64,000 bases of DNA from a virus: IMG/VR virus record IMGVR_UViG_3300005918_000012; one strand, 5' to 3'. Made by a program: the position numbers and the translations under genes. The notes beneath the pieces are model-generated. The model saw nothing but the letters and a program-made list of their open reading frames with translations. It did no database searches and had not been told where the DNA came from. Of the stretch, positions 9,342 through 18,445 are shown one piece after another. Each line of letters starts with the position of its first letter. Position 1 is the stretch's first letter.

Positions 9342-9700
9342 TGGCAACAGTCCTTGCAAATACTCCATTTACGTTCCAAGCATTGTTCTTGGATACGGAC
9401 AATATCCCGATTGTCCCAGTAGATCCAACTATCACTGTATTCATGTATAGTGCTGCTGGGGTAAAACAGGAATTGGTGGCTGCTACTGCAATGGACTCTG
9501 TAACCCCTGTAGAAATAGGACGTTACACCCATACTTACACTTTACCTGATGCTTTTACAGATGGTGATATGATTTATGGTGAAATGACTGGAGAACACCC
9601 GACCAGTGGTGATATTATTCGGTATAGTGAGACTGTGTCAGTTGTGACTCTCCCGCCAGGGTCACAAGGACTTTCGTATAATCTCATTAGAGGTGGTTAA
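9341..9700 (+). CDS. Ig-like beta-sandwich virion protein
   Basis: 'VDPTITVF...IGRYTHTYTLP..FTDG' is similar to the N-terminal domain of ORF 10077. Confidence 0.55.
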   Translation: MATVLANTPFTFQALFLDTDNIPIVPVDPTITVFMYSAAGVKQELVAATAMDSVTPVEIGRYTHTYTLPDAFTDGDMIYGEMTGEHPTSGDIIRYSETVSVVTLPPGSQGLSYNLIRGG

Positions 9701-9703
9701 AAC

Positions 9704-10075
9704 ATGACAGATATGAGAGTTGATTGCCAAATTGAAGTACCGCCGGAACACAAAGTAGGTAGTTTTGCCGATGCTTTCAGAGTTCTAACCAACCCTGAAG
9801 GTGATTGTGTTTTAGATTTCTTGACTTTATCTAAATGCAGGAAACTAGCATTTGTTGTGGCCAGAGTTCGTGTGGAGAAAGAGTTCTTGGAATCTATTAG
9901 AGATCGGTTAGAAGCCACTCTGAGTGAAATCCAAGGTCCTGATTTTTCAGGCATCTCTCCTGAACAAATAGAACAGATGTGGTACGTATCTGATCAAATA
10001 GACCCAGAGATTATTCCTGACGAGGGTGCTTTACCGGTAAGATGGTTTATTTACCCTGAAGGAGAGGTAGACTAA
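9704..10075 (+). CDS. DUF3467-like protein (paralogue of 695-949)
   Basis: See 695-949 alignment. GAGG SD. Confidence 0.55.
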   Translation: MTDMRVDCQIEVPPEHKVGSFADAFRVLTNPEGDCVLDFLTLSKCRKLAFVVARVRVEKEFLESIRDRLEATLSEIQGPDFSGISPEQIEQMWYVSDQIDPEIIPDEGALPVRWFIYPEGEVD

Positions 10076-10076
10076 G

Positions 10077-10976
10077 ATGGCAGTTGCATTTACTCCCGGG
10101 CAAACAATAGGCCGAGGGGACTTGGATATTTTCTTACAAAATGTTCAAGGGAATCCAGCTAATGCTGCTGAGATTTATTACACCCTTTATTATGTGAGTC
10201 CTGGACCACCTGAATCGGAAGTACAAGTAGGTCAGCCTCAAAGGATACCAGTAAACCCTGCCGTTGGGGAGTATTATGCTTCTCTGATGATTCCGCAAGG
10301 AGCTACGGCTGGAACTTATCGTATTCGTTGGACTTTTAGAGAGTTGGTTAATTCACCTCAGCAACAGGTTGTTCAAGAGTTTGCTGTCGTGACGGCTGCT
10401 GGGATTGCATTAGTTCCGGGATACGATGCTTCTCAGACGGCTATGATGAGAAGCCTTCGAATGCTTCTCAGAGACCAGAACCCTGACAAATTCTATCATT
10501 TCCGTCCTCCTGAGTATGAAGGGGACATCGGCCAGTATAATCGGATCTTTGGGCAGATATGGGAAGACGAAGAATTGCTGGAGTATTTATTGAGATCTTT
10601 GGATTGGTTCAATATGCAACCACCGTTGACTCAGAAGATCAATACTCTCAGATTGTTGATTCAAGATATGCCTGCATGGAGAACGGCAATCCTCTGGGGT
10701 GCTATCACCCACGCTTGCTTTGCATTGTCTATGAACTGGGTAGCAGATGAGTTTGATTATTCAATCGGTGGTGTAAGTCTGTCGATTGAGAAATCTTCAA
10801 AGTATGAGTCCTTGAAGCAGAATGCTGAGGGACAAATGGATAAAGCAACAGAAGCCAAGCAGAGAACAGTGAAATTCATCCGAGGTCTTCAACAGCCTCG
10901 GTTTGGTATGGGTGTTAGATCGGCCTTTGGACCGTTCGTTGGCAACGGGGTGCTTTCACCGAGGAATTTTATTTAG
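10077..10976 (+). CDS. Putative head-tail adaptor (Ig-like N-terminal domain plus helical adaptor domain)
   Basis: Helical 'LRMLLRD...WEDEELLEYL' followed by the beta-hairpin 'DYSIGGVSLSI' typical of adaptor proteins, plus position. Confidence 0.6.
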   Translation: MAVAFTPGQTIGRGDLDIFLQNVQGNPANAAEIYYTLYYVSPGPPESEVQVGQPQRIPVNPAVGEYYASLMIPQGATAGTYRIRWTFRELVNSPQQQVVQEFAVVTAAGIALVPGYDASQTAMMRSLRMLLRDQNPDKFYHFRPPEYEGDIGQYNRIFGQIWEDEELLEYLLRSLDWFNMQPPLTQKINTLRLLIQDMPAWRTAILWGAITHACFALSMNWVADEFDYSIGGVSLSIEKSSKYESLKQNAEGQMDKATEAKQRTVKFIRGLQQPRFGMGVRSAFGPFVGNGVLSPRNFI

Positions 10977-10996
10977 TGCTAGGTATAAGAAAACAC

Positions 10997-11025
10997 TTGA
11001 CTTTTTCAATATTTTAAATTACTCT
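10997..11025 (+). promoter_or_regulatory. Sigma70-type promoter for the endonuclease gene
   Basis: TTGACT-17 nt-TACTCT upstream of a GGAGG SD. Confidence 0.6.
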
Positions 11026-11050
11026 ATCCTTTGAAAGAAGGAGGAGTATT

Positions 11051-12313
11051 ATGTCAGTTATATGTCCGTATTGTGGAAAAGAGTTTAAGGGAGATAAATT
11101 AAACTCCCGTCATTTATCAAAATGCAATCCTGCTTTAAAAGTTCCTGTTGAACCTTGTCTTTGTGGCCATGTCTCTACATCCTTAACTCAAATGAAAAGG
11201 CATAGAAAGAAATGTGAGGTTTGGCAAAATAGAGATAAGAAACAAGTAGCTCTGCAGCGTCAAGAAAAAACTGTAAAAGATAAATATGGGGTGAGGAATA
11301 TACGACAGGTTCCAGAATTAGAAGAGAAACGATTACAAACAATCCGGGGTAAGTATGGTGCAGATAATGTTTTTTGTAAAGAATCCTCAATTTTTGAAAA
11401 GGTTCAAGAATCCTTAGTAGGGAAACGTAAAGGTTTAAAAGGGAAAGATAATCCTTTTGCTTGGGATTCAACTAAAGAAAAAATAAAAAAAACAATGCAG
11501 GAAAGTTATGGTGTAGACAGTCCTCAACAATCTCAAGAAATCCGGGATAGAACTAAAAGTACAAATTTAGAACGCTATGGGTTTGAGTGTTTGCTGTCTG
11601 ATCCTGTTATAAGGGATCGGATAAAAGAGACATGTAAGGTTAAATATGGAGGTCCAGCTCCATCCTGTTCTTCTGAAGTCCGTGATAAACAAACAAAAAC
11701 AAATCTAAAATGTTGGGGTGTTCCTTGGACAGCTATGCATCCTGATATCCGTCAAAAACAATTAGAGACGATGAAAGAACATTATGGGTCTCATTTCTTT
11801 GCCTCGGAAGAAGGGAAGGCTGAAATTCGTCGTGTTATGATGGAACGGTATGGTGTCGAATTTCCTGGAGCAATGGTTGGGCATTGGGAAAAAGCACTGG
11901 CTACTTTTAAGAAAAATTATCCCAATACGGCATATCCTGGTTTATTGGCAGGACGAGGTGGCCCTAATATGCTTGAACGTAGAATACACCAGTTAATCCC
12001 TGATGCTATTTATACAGGGGATGGTAGTTTTTGGCGTTGGTTGCCTTTATTAGGGCATTTTAAAAATCCTGACTTTATTTTTCCCGGTCCAGATCCAAAT
12101 CATCCTATGAGGAATGTGACTAAGGTCGTGGAAGCCTTTGGATCTTATTGGCATTCTCGGATATTTACAGGTAAATCGAATTTTAAGCATGAGCAAGAGT
12201 TAATAGATTCTTATGCAGGTATTGGTTTTGATTGTTTGATTATCTGGGAAGATGATGTAAAGTCAGATATTGAATCTGTTCGTACTCGGTTGGTAGAATT
12301 TGTGGGAGTCTGA
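11051..12313 (+). CDS. Free-standing putative homing endonuclease (Zn fingers + 'KYG' repeats + Vsr/DUF559-like PD-(D/E)XK domain)
   Basis: CPYC..H..C and CLC..H..C fingers. About 8 repeats of 'K-x-T-x-x-(E/K)(K/R)YG'. C-terminal 'KNPDF...VVEAFGSYWH...GFDCLIIWE'. AT-richer than its flanks. Confidence 0.75.
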   Translation: MSVICPYCGKEFKGDKLNSRHLSKCNPALKVPVEPCLCGHVSTSLTQMKRHRKKCEVWQNRDKKQVALQRQEKTVKDKYGVRNIRQVPELEEKRLQTIRGKYGADNVFCKESSIFEKVQESLVGKRKGLKGKDNPFAWDSTKEKIKKTMQESYGVDSPQQSQEIRDRTKSTNLERYGFECLLSDPVIRDRIKETCKVKYGGPAPSCSSEVRDKQTKTNLKCWGVPWTAMHPDIRQKQLETMKEHYGSHFFASEEGKAEIRRVMMERYGVEFPGAMVGHWEKALATFKKNYPNTAYPGLLAGRGGPNMLERRIHQLIPDAIYTGDGSFWRWLPLLGHFKNPDFIFPGPDPNHPMRNVTKVVEAFGSYWHSRIFTGKSNFKHEQELIDSYAGIGFDCLIIWEDDVKSDIESVRTRLVEFVGV

Positions 12314-12425
12314 CATCAATAAAAAGCCTGAGATTACGGTTAAAAGGATTCAAAGGTTCTTAGGTTTTCGGTAAAGTATGAATTATTACCTGTTAGTGTG
12401 TAGTTTTGGTCTGATAGGAGTTCTT

Positions 12426-13802
12426 ATGGATGCTTATAGAATAGTGAAATCTAAGGTAGATAGAAATCTAACTCAGAAGTTAAAAAAATTAAAGCCTAAA
12501 GCTCGTTCTATGGGTGACTTTACAGGCGGTGTTTTACAGGCAGCCTTTTATGCCCGTAAAACAGGTGAGACCTATTACCTTTACTCTGGTAATAATTGGG
12601 GTAATGAAGTTTGGCGGGTGTCCTATAGGAAATCCGATTATTTGAATGGTGTGAATAATCCATATGGTAAGTTACTATCCGTAACTCCCGATATGGTAGT
12701 TACGGAGCATACTTTGAAAAGAATTAAAAAAGAAGCAGCAGCTTGGAAATCACCTGCAATCAATAAATCATTAGCCCAAAAGGTTAATAAAGCAGTGAAA
12801 AAACATTTCGTGACGGATCTTTTGAATGATCTCATAACAAAGAAGAAAGATTGGCGTATAGGGCTGAGATCAGCTATTGGTAAAGCAGTTGCTCCTACTC
12901 AGATGCAGGATCGGATTGATGCTCAGGCTCCAATCAAAAAGTGGCTTAAATCTATCTCTGATAGAGATTTGGAGAAAGTTCGGGATTGGGTAGAAGAAAT
13001 CCAAAACAAAGGGAAAAGTGTTCAATACAAAACTAAACCGGAGGCTTGGAAAAGAGCAAGTACCAAAGAAGCTGGTGGTTTAAGCAGTGCTTTAGATTTA
13101 TTGTTTTCAATCATAGGCCAAGGATCATCTTCTAAAGGTGAGAAGATGTTTAAGGATACCAAGAAAGCACTGAAAACTGATGAGCAGTCCAAACAGATGA
13201 TGACAGGTGTTATCCGAAAGGTAGCAATGTCTTTAATACTTGACCAAAAGGAAAACACTGCTTTAAATTACATTATTATGGCAATGAGGAATGTTAAGGC
13301 TGACGGAGCTGCCAGGAACTCTATCTTCAAGGCTGCTAATATCTTAGGTATGAAACTTCCAAGTTCCATGTTTGCATCTGAGGACTCTGAGTTACGAGAA
13401 CAATTGGTTAAATTAGCTAATGACAACCCTGATATGAGAAAACACCTGATTCCCATTCTCAAAGAAACTAATACCAAAAAAGCTAGTGCTTATATCATTG
13501 ATGACCTCAAGAAGCTTTTTTCTGATGGTGTTAAGTCGGGTGTAAAAGAAGTGACTAAGTTTAGTGGCCCAACTCAACAGCACCATCAAGATCGGTTGGC
13601 AAAGGGGGCTGAACAAGGGTCTCTTGATTACATTTCAGGAATTCAACGTGATTTAAAAGTAATTGAGCGTGGTATTAAGTCTAATCATCAAATACCTAAG
13701 ATGGCTTCCATTTCTTTAACCTCTGGGTTACAAGGGTTATATTGGGTAGCCGGTGAATTGGTTGGTTATGAGTCTGTGGAGGCTTTTAAGAAAAAGGATT
13801 GA
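12426..13802 (+). CDS. Modular basic protein containing the KLAN module (putative internal head polyprotein)
   Basis: AGGAG SD before the ATG at 12426. Contains ELREQLVKLANDNPDMRKHLIPILKE and several K-x-A junctions. Confidence 0.7.
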   Translation: MDAYRIVKSKVDRNLTQKLKKLKPKARSMGDFTGGVLQAAFYARKTGETYYLYSGNNWGNEVWRVSYRKSDYLNGVNNPYGKLLSVTPDMVVTEHTLKRIKKEAAAWKSPAINKSLAQKVNKAVKKHFVTDLLNDLITKKKDWRIGLRSAIGKAVAPTQMQDRIDAQAPIKKWLKSISDRDLEKVRDWVEEIQNKGKSVQYKTKPEAWKRASTKEAGGLSSALDLLFSIIGQGSSSKGEKMFKDTKKALKTDEQSKQMMTGVIRKVAMSLILDQKENTALNYIIMAMRNVKADGAARNSIFKAANILGMKLPSSMFASEDSELREQLVKLANDNPDMRKHLIPILKETNTKKASAYIIDDLKKLFSDGVKSGVKEVTKFSGPTQQHHQDRLAKGAEQGSLDYISGIQRDLKVIERGIKSNHQIPKMASISLTSGLQGLYWVAGELVGYESVEAFKKKD

Positions 13803-13804
13803 TT

Positions 13805-13966
13805 ATGTGTTTTTGGAAAAAGAAAAAAGACCCTCCCCTTATATTCAAGGATTTTGGTGACGGCAATGGTGAGATAACCTGTGGTGGGAAAACCACAAAG
13901 GTTATTTATTTTTCAGAGGCTGCTGTAAAGCATATTGAAGCAGCAAAGAAAAGGATGTCTAAGTAA
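13805..13966 (+). CDS. Small hypothetical protein (53 aa, not in ORF track)
   Basis: MCFWKKKKDPPLIFKDFGDGNG...KRMSK. AAGGA SD and TAATG overlap with the next gene. Confidence 0.55.
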   Translation: MCFWKKKKDPPLIFKDFGDGNGEITCGGKTTKVIYFSEAAVKHIEAAKKRMSK

Positions 13967-14337
13967 TGTGGTGGGTTTACGTTTTACAATCTCAGCAACC
14001 TCGTGCAAATGGCCGGCCTGGGTTTCATTATGTGGGATGCACAACTGACCCTGCACGTCGTATAAGGCAGCACAACGGTGAAATCAAGGGAGGTGGACGT
14101 TACACCTCTAAACACCGCCCGTGGCTGCCTGTGGCCTTATACGGGACTTACAGTGGGCAATCTGAGGCTATGAAAGCTGAACGTGCCCTGAAACGTGGTA
14201 AGAGAAGTACTGGCCGGACTAAATGGTCAACTTCTGATTCTCCTTGGTGTCGAGGACTTGGTCCGAAAGACCCTTGGATCACTGATGGTATTTCCCCTAT
14301 AGAAGCCTATAAGAAGAAGGAGTCTTTTAATGGATGA
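13966..14337 (+). CDS. GIY-YIG nuclease, Slx1-like
   Basis: WVYVLQS...YVGCTTDPARRIRQHNGEIKGGGRYT...RPW...EAMKAERALK. Confidence 0.9.
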   Translation: MWWVYVLQSQQPRANGRPGFHYVGCTTDPARRIRQHNGEIKGGGRYTSKHRPWLPVALYGTYSGQSEAMKAERALKRGKRSTGRTKWSTSDSPWCRGLGPKDPWITDGISPIEAYKKKESFNG

Positions 14338-14885
14338 ACGATTGATAAAACTAACCAAAGATGAAAATAGGAGATAACAATGAGTAATCTACGAGATAAA
14401 ATAGCCAAACTGGCCAATGAAAAACCGGAGCTTCGGAAACATTTAATGCCGATCCTGAAACAGGCTGGTGATGATGATGAACTCTTAGTGTTCGATCTTT
14501 ATCGTGGGATTCCAAGTGTTGGTAAGGAGTTATGGAACCAGATGCGGGAAAATGACCTGGATGATAGATTAATTCAGTTTTCTCGAAAACCGGGTGACTG
14601 GGGAGAGGTGCGGAAGAAGGTTCGGGTGAATGCCCTGCCCCCAGAGTTCCAAAAAGCAATAAAAAACAAAAAAATCCCAACTGCCGTAATCCCGACGGCA
14701 GTTGAGTTGTGGGCTGTGGAGTTTTCAAACACCCTGAAAAATGCACTGTTGGTTTTGCTCGTCCATAACCGGAAATTATATCTGGTCAATACGGAGGGGT
14801 ATAATTATCCAAGATACATGGTGCAACTCACCTGACCCAGGAGAGATAAACAAAAGAAGAAGGAGTCCTTTAATGGATGAACGAT
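14311..14885 (+). repeat. 32-bp direct repeat (14311-14342 and 14854-14885) flanking ORF 14380
   Basis: aagaagaaggagtc(t/c)tttaatggatgaacgat, 31/32 identical. Confidence 0.9.
14380..14835 (+). CDS. KLAN-module protein (module at N-terminus)
   Basis: MSNLRDKIAKLANEKPELRKHLMPILKQAG. AGGAG SD. Confidence 0.8.
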   Translation: MSNLRDKIAKLANEKPELRKHLMPILKQAGDDDELLVFDLYRGIPSVGKELWNQMRENDLDDRLIQFSRKPGDWGEVRKKVRVNALPPEFQKAIKNKKIPTAVIPTAVELWAVEFSNTLKNALLVLLVHNRKLYLVNTEGYNYPRYMVQLT

Positions 14886-15991
14886 ATTTAGAGCTGTTCC
14901 CGATTATAAATGCAGCCGTTAAAAAATACCTGGTTCGGTCTAAATACATAAAACGAATCAGACTCAAAGGTAAAGACAAACACTCAATTCTATATAGTGT
15001 GGAATGGACATTTGAACCTAACAAAGCAGCTCCAATATCACATTATTTCTCAGTAAGTAGCACAGGGAGAACTCTTTATTTGGAGTTGGATGTTCCTGGA
15101 TTTCATAGTCATTCATCACCAACGGAAAAGAAAATGGATTTAGAGATTGCTCTTAACCGACCGGGTAAAGTTAAACAAGTAATAAAAGATATTGCTCAGA
15201 ACGCTGTGTCTGTAGCATCAAATGTAGTGTCTGATATGGAAAATAATATTCATCACTACTCCAACTTACAAGATAAAGTACAGAAGTTGGCCAATGACAA
15301 CCCTGAACTCAGATCTCATCTTGTTCCAATTCTCAAAAAGCAGGCTGGTGACAGTAAGAGACATATTCATAATGCCGAAGTCTATATGGGGAAAGGGGAT
15401 GAGTTTCATAAAAAACCCTTAAAAGAACAAAAAGCCATCATGATGAAAGCCATCACTAATGCTAAACAGAAATGGAAAAAGGTAGATGGTATCCTGACAG
15501 ACCTGAGCAAATCTTTTGATGGACACCCGAATCCGGGTCAGGCAATGGCACCTATTGAGCAACCTGTGGATTACGCCATTGATGCTATCATGATTGCAGT
15601 GATCATAGCCAACAAGTACAATGCTAACAAGAGAAGTATGAAAGCTGCTATTTTCAAATATGATTCCTCAACACCGATAGATAAAAGGGTTCTGATTAGA
15701 AACCTTAATAAAGTTCTTGGGGGTGTTTCCAGAGGGTTCTTCACCGATGAGCATTGGAGAGGCCCCAAGAGAGTTTGGGAAGCTTTAAATAAAATAGGTA
15801 TCACCTGGGATCAAACAAAGAACTTCTACGATAATAAAATGCCCAATGAATCTAAAACCTGGAAGTTTGAGCTTGAGTTTACCTCTAAAAAAGGCAGACC
15901 CGGTAAATTGTATGGCCACATGGTAGCCTCTGGTGCAGGGTCTGTAGCTGATCCTCTGAGTCGTTACGATGTTGTAGTTTATGTAGGTTAG
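14873..15991 (+). CDS. KLAN-module modular protein
   Basis: AAGGAG SD before the ATG at 14873. Internal NLQDKVQKLANDNPELRSHLVPILKKQAG. Confidence 0.8.
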   Translation: MDERYLELFPIINAAVKKYLVRSKYIKRIRLKGKDKHSILYSVEWTFEPNKAAPISHYFSVSSTGRTLYLELDVPGFHSHSSPTEKKMDLEIALNRPGKVKQVIKDIAQNAVSVASNVVSDMENNIHHYSNLQDKVQKLANDNPELRSHLVPILKKQAGDSKRHIHNAEVYMGKGDEFHKKPLKEQKAIMMKAITNAKQKWKKVDGILTDLSKSFDGHPNPGQAMAPIEQPVDYAIDAIMIAVIIANKYNANKRSMKAAIFKYDSSTPIDKRVLIRNLNKVLGGVSRGFFTDEHWRGPKRVWEALNKIGITWDQTKNFYDNKMPNESKTWKFELEFTSKKGRPGKLYGHMVASGAGSVADPLSRYDVVVYVG

Positions 15992-16003
15992 GGAGAAATT
16001 GAT

Positions 16004-16801
16004 ATGTCAATACCAAATTTGAAACAAGTAGCTGACAAGATTTATAAAGCCTTAAAATCCTTAGCAGAAGTGGCATCAGTTAAACCACCTAAGTTCTATG
16101 ATGCTATGAAGCCATCCATAAGTGGTAAATGGGTTATAAAGATGGAAGTCCCGGAAGTTCGGACAAGTTCTTTCTTCGTTCAGGTTAATATGGATGGAGT
16201 AGCTTGGTCAGGGGATCAGCCGTATCCTATTGAGGAAGCTATACTGAAAATTATTAAACCTCTTAAGATAAGTCGTCCTATGCGGTTCAAGCATATGTTA
16301 GGTCCTCAAGGATTACAGTTTCTGTGGGCTGGTAATTATGCCGTACATGCAAATTTACAGGAACAAGTACAGAAGTTGGCCAATGATAACCCTGAGATGA
16401 GAAAACACCTAGTCCCCATTCTGAAACAGGCTGGTGGGGGGATATATCAAATTTTCTTTGATATGTTTGGGAAAGCCTTTAAAAAATCTTGCACCGAGAT
16501 GTACGGCCAATTTTATCGTGATTACAGTTGGGATGACATTGAAGGAGTGTCTTCAAGTATCAAACCAGGGCTTTGGGAAGTAGTTTCCAAGTACGGTCCT
16601 ATGGTTGCAGTTTCTTATCATGCACAACCTACAAAACTGACTATTACTTGTAGTCTTCGAAATCTTCGACATAGGATGGAAGAAGAGAGACAGGTTGTTT
16701 TTTTAGAGAAGTTCTTAGCTAAAGATATGACTGAGAAAGATATGCAAGCCTTTATTATGAAATTCGTTATTAGCTGTGCTAAGAAGACTTGGAGAGGATA
16801 A
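16004..16801 (+). CDS. KLAN-module modular protein
   Basis: Internal NLQEQVQKLANDNPEMRKHLVPILKQAG. GGAG SD. Confidence 0.8.
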   Translation: MSIPNLKQVADKIYKALKSLAEVASVKPPKFYDAMKPSISGKWVIKMEVPEVRTSSFFVQVNMDGVAWSGDQPYPIEEAILKIIKPLKISRPMRFKHMLGPQGLQFLWAGNYAVHANLQEQVQKLANDNPEMRKHLVPILKQAGGGIYQIFFDMFGKAFKKSCTEMYGQFYRDYSWDDIEGVSSSIKPGLWEVVSKYGPMVAVSYHAQPTKLTITCSLRNLRHRMEEERQVVFLEKFLAKDMTEKDMQAFIMKFVISCAKKTWRG

Positions 16802-16802
16802 A

Positions 16803-17279
16803 ATGCCTAACTTACAAAATAAAATAGCCAAACTGGCCAACAAGAATCCGGGGTTAAGAAAACATCTGGTACCATTACTGAAAACAGCTAGGAAAGCCCC
16901 TGAAGCTTATATTACCATAGACAAGGATGCTATCTATTTCAGCTACAGCTATTTTTTACCTCCCATAGGTTGGGTTTCGGACATGGGTCAGCATCAACTG
17001 TTCTGTCAGAAATTATTGGAACGAACCATTGATGCCATCCAGAAAGAGTTTGGTGGTAAAACCAAGAAACGTCCGACCAAGATGCATTTTGCTTTGGATG
17101 ACAATAAACGTATGGTTCTGACAGGTCCAGCTCCGGCAGCTACGGGTGTGCTTGGTATAGATATTGAAAATCTGCTTGTTGAGGATGGGGGAGACAAACG
17201 ACCATTTATTAAAGCAGTCCAACAAGTATTCAAGAAATTAGGCTGGGATGTGAAAAGCTTAGATCATATGGCTATCTGA
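16803..17279 (+). CDS. KLAN-module protein (module at N-terminus)
   Basis: MPNLQNKIAKLANKNPGLRKHLVPLLKTA. GAGG SD before the ATG at 16803. Confidence 0.8.
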   Translation: MPNLQNKIAKLANKNPGLRKHLVPLLKTARKAPEAYITIDKDAIYFSYSYFLPPIGWVSDMGQHQLFCQKLLERTIDAIQKEFGGKTKKRPTKMHFALDDNKRMVLTGPAPAATGVLGIDIENLLVEDGGDKRPFIKAVQQVFKKLGWDVKSLDHMAI

Positions 17280-17569
17280 TGACTAAAGTTGACGAATTAT
17301 TCGATTCCAGCAATGACCCTCTCCCAACTCTGAGGGAGCTTGCAGCTTCTGAAACCGTGGTTGAACACCCTGATCCTGTGGGAGATGCTTTTGTTGCCCG
17401 GATGCCCGGGGATGAACCTCACCCATATGCAGATCCTAATCCTTACCTGTCAATAAGACCTGCAAAACTGCAAGAACTATTGATGGAGAGGCTGGGTACG
17501 GAGGATGAACGTCTGATCCGTCGAGCATTAACTGTCTGGGAACGAGTTGAAGGTGGTAGGAGACCTTAA
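17279..17569 (+). CDS. Hypothetical protein
   Basis: TGATG overlap with the previous gene. Confidence 0.6.
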   Translation: MTKVDELFDSSNDPLPTLRELAASETVVEHPDPVGDAFVARMPGDEPHPYADPNPYLSIRPAKLQELLMERLGTEDERLIRRALTVWERVEGGRRP

Positions 17570-17686
17570 ATAACTACCTTTTTAATCTCAGGTTGGGTAT
17601 AATCAAATAGTTGTGAGGGGTTGTTTCTAAATATGTTACTTATATTCTCCAAGTATTAGGAACATGTTTATGGACTGGAGTTTTTA

Positions 17687-17953
17687 ATGGTAGATGAAAA
17701 AAGAGCAGGAGTTGGGAATCGTCGGGTATATTCTTATGTATCTGATGACGGGACTGTCTATTGGTCTCTTACTAAAGCCAAAAAGACTGTGTCCAATGGA
17801 CAGCGTTTAGTATTACAGAGCCGTAATGGTTCACCGTTGCTTCCTTTCATGTCATATATGAGAGATCAAGCAGCTTTGATGGATAAAGAAGCCTCCACTG
17901 AGGTCAATGATGACACTCAGTTGGAAAATAACAAACAGACGAAAGGAAATTAG
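17687..17953 (+). CDS. Hypothetical protein
   Basis: GGAG SD. Confidence 0.65.
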   Translation: MVDEKRAGVGNRRVYSYVSDDGTVYWSLTKAKKTVSNGQRLVLQSRNGSPLLPFMSYMRDQAALMDKEASTEVNDDTQLENNKQTKGN

Positions 17954-18445
17954 ATGCCAGACAAGAAAAAAGATTTAGGAACAATCAGCCAGCCGGACGA
18001 GGAGACTAAATCAGGTCTTCCCACAGGAGATGACGAGAGCAAAACAGCTTCCGAACTTCCTACCGGGGATGAAGAAGCTCCTGAAGCTGATGTACCACCT
18101 ACAGCAATTGGTGATGCCCCAGCAGATGACAAGGATGATAATCCTGATCCAAGTTTCTTAGGGACGATTGAAGAATCAGAACAGGAAACTATTATTGCTC
18201 TCCAACAGAAGCATCAGCAGATGGTGTATCAGTTGGGTAATGCAGTTCTTCAACTGTTCGGCTCAGTCGATCAAATCGGTGGGGTTTCTGAACAAATCCA
18301 AGGTGTTTACACAGGTATCGGCAAACGCTTAAATGTCGGTCCTAAAACTCGGTGGACGGTAATGCAGGACGGGTCTGTCCGTGTCGTACCGGAACAACCT
18401 GGCCCACAGGCAGTTCCTCCACAGGGAGATAAATCGGAGAAGTAA
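17954..18445 (+). CDS. Hypothetical protein with acidic disordered N-terminus and coiled coil
   Basis: AAGGA SD. Abuts both neighbours. Confidence 0.65.
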   Translation: MPDKKKDLGTISQPDEETKSGLPTGDDESKTASELPTGDEEAPEADVPPTAIGDAPADDKDDNPDPSFLGTIEESEQETIIALQQKHQQMVYQLGNAVLQLFGSVDQIGGVSEQIQGVYTGIGKRLNVGPKTRWTVMQDGSVRVVPEQPGPQAVPPQGDKSEK

